From Balanoglossus misakiensis (lineage: Eukaryota > Animalia > Hemichordata), in contig CM082581.2 in assembly GCA_040954595.2 (NCBI GenBank), positions 6,006,699 to 6,070,698 of the forward strand: a DNA stretch of 64,000 nt, given 5' to 3'. The notes under the pieces are model-generated. The model did not search any database, was not told where the DNA came from, and saw only the letters and a program-made list of their open reading frames with translations. Made by a program: the position numbers and the translations under genes. Shown here piece by piece: positions 55,552 to 64,000 of the stretch (positions are counted from its first letter, which is position 1; each line of letters starts with the position of its first letter).

Positions 55552-58500
55552 TAAAGGTAAATCAGTAAAGAATGTCTTTTTTTACATGACGCCAGAATAA
55601 GGAAGCTAGCTCTATTGAGACGCATGTCGCCGTGATCATACTTTTTTTATCTATTTTCTTTTAAATAGCAAAAATGCCCCTGGAGAATCCCGACCAATTA
55701 TTAAATTGACATGCTGACACGTTCCGTGATCTGTAGAGCACTCTGGATAAGGCAAGGCTCATCTATGCAATAAGGGCGAGATAAGAAAAAATTAACTATA
55801 CCATTTCTAAAGAGAGTTGTGATATTGTCGTGCGGCTGCACCCGGGGGAACTTGGAGACTCGTGTGCACAGTCACAGGCGATCGCGATTCGCTGTCCTGG
55901 AGAGACGATATCATTTGTATGAATTTATGAATTACCCACGACCACAAATGAGAAATTTATAGACGTTGCAAAGCAAAGCAAAGCAAAGCAGCTGCAGCGA
56001 CAGAGCAATATGTGTGCCCGACGATAAAAAACAATAGTATACATTTATTTATTATTGACAAACGTTGCCCTCCAGGACCTTTCATTTGAATTTCTCCTGG
56101 GTGATTTGACGCTGTGGTGATAATCATTAATGCATGCTGTCGGTCGTCTACCTCCGTTTTTTTTTGCATTTTAAAACAAAAAAATATCCACTAATTATAC
56201 TCTTACGTAATTTAAAGTAAGGGTTTATGCCACGCATTCGGCTAGGTAAGCTGTGTAAGTATTTAATGTCTCATGAGCTGCCATTTTAGCCTTTAAATAT
56301 CAACCCATGGGAGATTATTCAAACCCCCCTTTTCAAAAAATGGGACTGTTTGATTTTAAGCGGGGGAGATTCATTTCTGGGTTAAACGTTCTCGTGTCAT
56401 ACCAGTATTTCCGCCACAGATTGTCTTTTTAAAATTCTGATGGTGCCCGTGTCTCGCGGCATTTCCATGAAACTGTACAACGTCGACGGCCGCTATTCAG
56501 TTAGGAGTGCGTATATATCGTTTGTACATAATGCTGATCAGACTTAGTGAAAGATTTCATGTATGAGTGCAGCAACAAACACACTCATTGTAGACATGCA
56601 TTTGAGTAGAACGATCGTCCCAACACACAGCCTTTCGGCATCTTGATAGATAAGATTTAACGATTTCCTAATAGGTGAGTGAAATTCGAAATAAGGAGAT
56701 TGGATTGTGGCTTTTTGCAATGTTATCAAACAGAGTGGTTAAAGGGACATACATGTAGGCAATTGCTTGACATACATGTACTTTAGGTTATTTTAGATTC
56801 TTTTGATAGGCTTTTAGGCTGTTCTATTTACTGAAATATCCTCATTCATATGCCACGGCTTAATTGGCAACGCGTACATAGACAGATATTACGAAATACT
56901 ATCTATAGTCATTTGACATGTTTTAGTAAGTAGAACAAAATCAATGACCCATCAAATGAAACTAAAATAGTCAAAAGTTAGCGACTTCACCTCTAAACAG
57001 AATAACAGCCGCAATAGATCCGTCTTTGAGGCTTTGCTGAAAGTGATATTAAAGAAAGGGCCCGGCCGAGATGAAATGCCGAAAGATAGAGTTATTAATT
57101 ACGGACGGCATTTACACAATGGTGTTTTGTATAATTGAACGTGTCAATTGCCTTCATTTGTGTACTCGCGGCAGCTGGAGTGGTGTCGGAGAGAAACGCA
57201 TACAAGAAACTGCCAATAATTTAATAATAGGACAACATATTAACTGCAGATTTATTCTCTGGCATTTCCATGGGAACCGTCTGTTTCGGTGACTGTTTAT
57301 AGCAGCCTCCGAAAGAGCAATCTGGAGCGCCTGTGTGTGGCGTGTTTATTTTATGGTGTACGGTGTGGTCTACGTTGAGGGTTCATCATCGAGCAGCGAA
57401 CTATGAATGTCTGCGTGAAAAGAACCGGTGTATATTTCTGGTCGAGTGACAACAGAACCAGCGGAGCATAATCAAGCTTATGGTGCGGACTCAATCTTTC
57501 AATGTCCGCGCGGGTATTTCATAGATTTGTAGCAGCATTCAAGGTATCATGTCGCGTCCTCTGACAACAAGCCCTGATTACTTCTAATATTGCCAATTCA
57601 ACGCCCCCGTTTCTTAGAACTGCGAGGCACGCACGCAATCGGCTCAAACGGAGGGTGTGAAAACGGCCTCGACACGTCAATAACGCGAAGTCGAAGTTGG
57701 AAGTGGCGCGCCTCTGATCTCATTACGGTGCCGGGGCTAAACAAAATCGATGTGTGACAGGCGTGAGCTTTAATCAATTATTGACATTTTATTAAAAAAC
57801 CATAACACGACCTAGCACAACCCTTGGCTTGCTCAGCTCCTAATGCTAGTAAACTGGAGTACAAAAAAATGAAATCAGCTAGAGATTAACGTACATTTTG
57901 TATGGGATATGTATAAAGACCCATGGAGGGATATCTACATACAGGCAGCCTCCGGAAAGTTGGACAGCACTGGCTTTTATAATCCGCCACACTGCTGAAT
58001 GGACGATCAACCCGAAGGAGAATTATGAATGATGTATAAAAATATCGACAGTCAGTCAGTGAAGATACAAACAGTGGTAATCCTACTGAACACAAAGCTT
58101 GCCTGACATTTGAATCGAACCAATGAACTATAGCGTCACTCGACTGTGTAACTTCTGACTTTTGTCATGTACTATTTTAACAGGGCAAAGTTGTAAAAGT
58201 TTAAGTTTTATTTTGGTTATTTTCAAAAGTTTTTTATCACAAGACATGTGATGATGTGTCTTAGAGGTTATATTTTGTGCTTACAAAACACACCATGACT
58301 ACTTTGAAAAATCTCATTCATCCAGAATGCATGGGCCATTAATGTCTCGACATGAAACTGCTTTGAGTTTTGTTTACAATCTGAGCGTGACTGGAGTCTG
58401 TAAATCGAGATATTCAGCATGTTAGTCAACACAAGCGACATTTTATTCCGTTTTCTGGAAAACACAGCGAATTTGGGGTCGCACTATAGTCATAATCTCA

Positions 58501-61341
58501 GTTCGACATTTTCAGTACAAAATGCACCTCGCCTATTTCGCGGTGGTTTTGCATCTGAGCTGCGCACAGCGATTAGTGAATATTTGCATTAATCTCCGGC
58601 TGCGTTTCATCCGCTTCAAATTGATTTTGAATTTTTCCTGGAACCGCCAGTGCTAGAGGTCTCAGCACACATTCGGTGCGAGTCGAGCACTGTGCGGGCA
58701 GAAAGATTATCATTGTCACCACTTTCCACGCAGACTTTAACGGGTGTCATTTGATTTGGACAACGGGGTTAGTTTTTATTACTGGTTTGCGGGGAGACTC
58801 GCTGTCAGGTCGCGTGCTTGGTGATTTGTGTCCCACCAGTTTTTGCGGAGAACGGCGAGCTGTATACGAACTCGCGAAAGGGATAAACTCTATACTATTA
58901 CTAGCCTCAGGGGTTCAGAAACACTTAACGCTACACATTGTATATATACGTGTACTCTGATTCGGAGAATCCTGCGTGGGCTGGATCGTTCCTGTCTTCT
59001 CCGCGAGCAACAAAGGTGAAGATGCGATGGTGTTCTACTTACTGGGATTTGGTAATTGCATCCCAACATTTGCAGCAGATATAAGTTTCCAATTTTACGC
59101 ATTCTGGAAAGTTGCAACAGCACAGTGTCTAACGAAAATGTATACATGTACTTGCGACTGATGCTGAATCACTCTTACTCGAGAGGTATTTTTACTCTGA
59201 GCTTTGTTAAAGCGCGTTACTAAGAGACAGGCCAAACCCAAATCAGTCAAACTTATTATAGCAAATCTGTGTGTGAGCGCTTTCGTTCATGCCATTATTG
59301 GAAACCACTGGTTTAGACCTTTAAGAAATAGAGCGTCGACCCGAGGTCACAGGTGTGCGCGTCGAGATATCCTGCGACATTCAATCATTGCGAGACAAGT
59401 CACCGTCTCCATCGGTTAGCAGTAATAAATACGAGATTAACACCGATTTGTGGTGTTACCGAAACACATTTCAAATGCAGTCGAATAAAACGCCAGGCCA
59501 ACGAGGCCGAGCTTGTTTCTTGTATAAGACCGTCGACCTACATTCCTTGATGATGACAACTTCGACTTTTCAACGCGTCTGTACATATGCTATTCCCTGC
59601 GTCAAACTTGATAGTGTTTGTGCAGATTGGACACGTCTCGATGGGTAAATGATTGCGCTGTACCGTTCAGCTATATGTCAACACCATAAACCTCTCAGTA
59701 CATGTACTTCCACGTGGCGTACCTGATCAATCGACGACAGGTCCCGGATGACAGATTTCAAAATGGAAGAGAAATAAAGATAGCGTTAATTTAAATTATA
59801 ATGTAAAAATATATTACGGAATTTTAAAAAACAAACAGAACGCCATGGAAAGAAGTAATAGCCGACACATCATTTCAATATTCAAGGTACATGTACATGT
59901 ACTAGAATTCCATTCAACCGATGCGTCCTCGAAACAGAATTGAGGTTCGTTCAGCCAGTTTATGGCAGCGTTCCTGAGACATCACTTATTAATTTCATTA
60001 ATAGCACGCTGTAACGCGTGGCCAGGATTGCGTGAATCCGAAACCACGTCGCAACAGCGGTTATCTGTCATGCCTATATCTTTTTTATGTGAATCATGCA
60101 GCGGTTGCATTTTTGCTTTCGAAAGAAACGTGCACGTCTTCGACACTAGGGACGCCAAGCGGTTCAGAAAATTGGTTCAGAACGGATTGCTGTGCGCACT
60201 GGTCTGCGCGTTCCGGCGATAAATCACACACGTGCGTATTACAGTCGAAGATGGGGGTTTTCGTCACATTAGTATTCAATTAGATATGTCATCAAAGACG
60301 ATGCATTCCGCCACATGATGGCTCCGTTTTATTTACGACAATGCCATGGTTTGCTACTGACATTTTTTTTATTATGAAACAGTTCGAATTAAACATCTGT
60401 CCGGAAAATAAAAAGACAGAAGTGCCGGATATGTACGCAATATGAATGTATATTTCGCCCGGCCCAATCAGAAGTCATGGTTCTCCAGTCAAATGATATG
60501 ACAAGTAAGAAAACAAACTCAACATAAAATCTTCACATCTCAATGATAAAAAATTCGAAAGATAGTAATAATAATAATACCATTAAAAACTAAAAAAAAA
60601 CGGACATCGTGAATTCTTCAATAGATACGTGCGTACTGACATTTTGAGGGACATATTTAATTATCTACGACTTGTTATCGTCTTTGAAGCAGCCTGTAAT
60701 GAACGCGTACTTTTGGCTTGATTGGTCTAATTGAAAGACTGGCAAAAGGGCAATGAACTCGAAATCGTTCTGGGCGTTTTCATTTGATTATGCGGGGCGT
60801 GGGATAAAAGAAGTCAGTGTACTATGCTCTGATGATGAAATGAGAATATTATTTTTGCTGGCGCGACAGAATCAGCCACGTGCAACACTTTGAATCGGTT
60901 ATATAACACATGTGTTAATCAATCAAGACTGGTTTTATCGCCAGTGGAACACGAACGAACTTGCACGGCTGGACTTCCAGGCGTTGACAACTTGAACTCA
61001 AATTAGGACTGTTATATACACGCGCACACGTATTTGATTGTCTGTATCACTCCAGTTGCGTAATTCAATTAAACGGAAATTCAATTTTCACGTCCGAAAG
61101 GGGCTATCTACGGCGATATTACAAATCTACTCGGCCGATTAACATGCTTTACCGGCCAAAAGGCTTAACTCATCTACTGTCTATGGTTTAAACGAATGTT
61201 TTCAGAGCAGGTCAGATTACTACGGCTACAAAGGGTGCATTGCGTAATTACGGTGTATAGGGTTTGTATTTACCCGGAGCTCCATCAGGTATATCAACAA
61301 AACGTCCTTTGAAACCGGCTTCCACACGGGATGATTAATTG

Positions 61342-62520
61342 CTATAGCCTGGACACGGTGGCGTTGTTCGGTGAACTGTTGCACGTCGTGAAGTCCAGCG
61401 TGGTTTCCATGCGCAGTTTCCTCGGCTGCGACCGCAGCTGCTGCCCGCACAGCTTCAGGTTGCCGACGCGCAGTAAATCCTTGAAGGCGTTCTTGAAGTC
61501 CTTGTTCAGGCAACCGTAGAGGAACGGGTTGACGGCCGAGTTGGCGTAGCCCAGCCACACGAACACCACGAAGACCAGCTCGGGTATGCAGTCGCCGCAC
61601 AACGGCGAGACGACGTTCATCACGAAGAAGGGCAGCCAGCAGGCGACGAAGCAGCCCATGATCACCCCGAGGGTCTTCGCCGCTTTGCCGTGCTCCTTCA
61701 TGGTGCTGGCCTGCTTGTGCTTGCGGCGGTTGAGCGGCGAGCGGGTGGACGAGTTTTTGGCCGTCAGTTTCTCCGTGCACACGGGGCTGGAACCGACAGC
61801 CGTCTTGTAAATCTGCTTGTGGTGGTAGCTGGCCGTCTTATAAATGCGCCAGTACACGAAGCACATGATAATCAAAGGAATGTAGAAGGAAATCAATGAC
61901 GACGAAATGGAGAACGCCGTGTTGAAGTTCACCAGGCACTCCATCGGAGGCTGTTCAAAGCCGGGTCTCTTGTACCAGCCCAGAAATATCGGCACGAAAC
62001 CGATCAGGCCCGATATTATCCACACGACCGTTGAAATGCACGCCAGCTTTTTCGCCGACATTTTTGCATCGTAAGTGAAGGGGTAGTTGATGGCAACGTA
62101 GCGATCGATAGCGATGCAGCACAGGTGGTTGATCGACGAGGTGCACGCCACTATGTCGATCGCCAGCCAAAACTGGCAATAGACGCTGCCGAAGTACCAC
62201 TTCCCGGCGAAGTGGTACGTGAGGGTGGTGGGCATGATGAGGGAACCCATCAGCTCGTCGGCGAAGGCGAGGTTCAGGATGAACAGGTTGGTCATGGTCC
62301 GCAGGCGCCGGTACTTGAACACCGCCACGATGACGAACACGTTGCCCACGATCGCCGTCAGCGTAATCACGGCGAACACGATCCCCAGGACCATGTCGCC
62401 GGCGCCCAGAGTCGACGCGGACTCGTCCTGTCCGCAGGAAGCGCCGCTGGAGTTGGCGAGGTCGCTCTCCGATGAAACATTGCACGGATTTCCCAGGTCC
62501 ACATCATCAGGAGCGGCCAT
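61342..62520 (-). CDS. Aminergic class A GPCR, probably Gs-type (D1-like dopamine / beta-adrenergic-like octopamine receptor group), intronless CDS, 392 aa
   Basis: 7 TM. GNVFV (TM1), LAFAD (TM2), D3.32 in IDIVACTSSINHLCCIAIDRY, TM5 serines in ISSSLISFYIP, KAAKTLGVIMGCFVACWLPFFVMN, WLGYANSAVNPFLY; short ICL3; high GC3. Confidence 0.95.
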   Translation of the reverse strand: MAAPDDVDLGNPCNVSSESDLANSSGASCGQDESASTLGAGDMVLGIVFAVITLTAIVGNVFVIVAVFKYRRLRTMTNLFILNLAFADELMGSLIMPTTLTYHFAGKWYFGSVYCQFWLAIDIVACTSSINHLCCIAIDRYVAINYPFTYDAKMSAKKLACISTVVWIISGLIGFVPIFLGWYKRPGFEQPPMECLVNFNTAFSISSSLISFYIPLIIMCFVYWRIYKTASYHHKQIYKTAVGSSPVCTEKLTAKNSSTRSPLNRRKHKQASTMKEHGKAAKTLGVIMGCFVACWLPFFVMNVVSPLCGDCIPELVFVVFVWLGYANSAVNPFLYGCLNKDFKNAFKDLLRVGNLKLCGQQLRSQPRKLRMETTLDFTTCNSSPNNATVSRL

Positions 62521-62538
62521 CGTATCTCCAATTCACAA

Positions 62539-62698
62539 CTGCATAAAACGCACCAACACAAAATTTGAGGGTGATTTCTGTATGAGGTAATCTAGCGTGA
62601 TAACGACGATATGTGTCGCCGTTACTAGGTGCAAGAAGAGTAATACGTGCATAGATTCGATATCAAGCGTTGCCTGTCTAACAAACGTCGTTCCTTAC
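62539..62698 (-). other. Probable 5'-UTR intron of the GPCR gene
   Basis: Donor cgg|gtaagg at 62698 and acceptor ttttatgcag| at 62539, 18 nt before the ATG. Confidence 0.5.
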
Positions 62699-64000
62699 CC
62701 GTATGCAAGGTGCAAACTTAATATTTTTTGAAAACTTTCAGAAGTTCCGAGCGGAAAAAGGCTTGACTGAATAGGCGAACACCTGTTAACGCCACTGCTG
62801 GACTCGCCGGTACAGGAAAGTGAAACTGCCGCTCGGTGTGACTGACGTGCTCTCTCCTCCCCGAGATAATCGCCCATGAAAACGAGAACGACGGGACATG
62901 AATTGAATATTTCAATATTTGCAGGTACCAGCTTCGCTCGGTCTTGTGCGGATGTAGTACTCAAAGCGACAACGTTAACATCACGGTGAATGAACCTCTA
63001 TTTCCCCATATAGCTTCGGCTATACGCAGTGTGTGTAAGGTCGGTTGTCGACGACGCGTGCCGCTCAGAGGTGAACGTTGCCAGTTCCTGGAGAGAGGTG
63101 GCGCGAATAGTATTCCGCCGCCGCGGCCGTTTGCTAGTGTACCACCGGTGCGAATGTACAGCGAGACACCACGGCATGCCGTTAGACGCCACTTAACGAC
63201 TGAAAAACATCTTGGCACAAAATCAATACGAATCCATACATCGGCATCGATCTCTTGTGGGGAAATGCAAGTGCGACGATGTGCCGAACGCGGTGGCCAA
63301 TCCACAAATGACTCGATAACACCACATTGCGCGTGTACTTCCCCCAAGTATCCGCACAGCGCATGCGCGAAATGAGAGTTATCTTGGCTGGCTTTTCCTG
63401 ACCTCCCTATCTTCGCACAAGGGAAGCTGGCATGTGCTCTTGAGGATGCATTCAAAAACTGACCGACGATTGCGAACTTAATCTGGTGTATGTGCCATTT
63501 CGCTTTCACAGTTTAAAATAATCGCCGTGAAATTTATGCATGGCGGCTATCCAAGTCGTTGCCCAGCAGTAAGCATATGACAACAACTTGTTATTTTTCA
63601 TGGCGGGAAGCTTGGGATAACAAGGCTCCTGATTTGTCCTTCGCCAGGAGAAAAACGCCCTCAAAGTACAAAGACAACATAACCTGAATAAAGGTCGACA
63701 CTCTACCCAATGTCAGATATTTTCAGTACACACCGAGTAAATATCATGTGTTGCCACAGAAACAATTTTCGCGACAGCTTGCGAAGGCGATACTTCGCCA
63801 CAGGAAACGGTGTGACCGAAGTCATCACATTTCAACACTAGCCCTGCGCAGCACACACTGGCCCTAAATCCATCGCGGTTCAACTGATCGACGATCAACT
63901 TAATCGAAAGGGAATTCTAGTTCAACAAAAGAGAGCATTTATACCAGATGATAAGGTATTATCTCTTTACCCATGCATTAAATCTTAAAATTAACAAAAA

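Noticed and set aside
61226-62590. Overlapping alternative-frame and antisense ORFs over the GPCR
   Set aside because: Expected shadow ORFs from high GC3 codon usage; the same applies to ORFs overlapping the IGFBP-like first exons.

Overview
Eukaryotic, intron-containing animal genomic DNA. GT-AG introns, microsatellites and gene content suggest a marine invertebrate, possibly a deuterostome, but the species cannot be determined from the sequence. The first 24 kb is gene-dense. (1) Two tandem 3-exon genes on the minus strand encode large proteins (1031 aa for the complete copy) resembling bacterial VioB/RebD/StaD (indole-pyruvate-imine dimer synthase-like, C-terminal ferritin-like domain); both carry a signal-peptide exon and the complete copy ends in KSEL. 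(2) An orphan 2-TM ORF. (3) A 7-coding-exon LYAR gene. (4) A head-to-head pair of IGFBP7/KAZALD1-like genes (IB-Kazal-Ig) that both end in KTEL through an 8-nt terminal coding exon. (5) A 4-exon orphan secreted Cys-rich gene that the ORF track mostly misses. About 37 kb of repeat-rich sequence with no recognisable coding exons follows, then an aminergic GPCR with an intronless CDS (D1-like/beta-octopamine-like). The best novel-system candidate is the animal, secretory-pathway-targeted VioB-like tandem array. All family assignments are by motif recognition; no database search was run.
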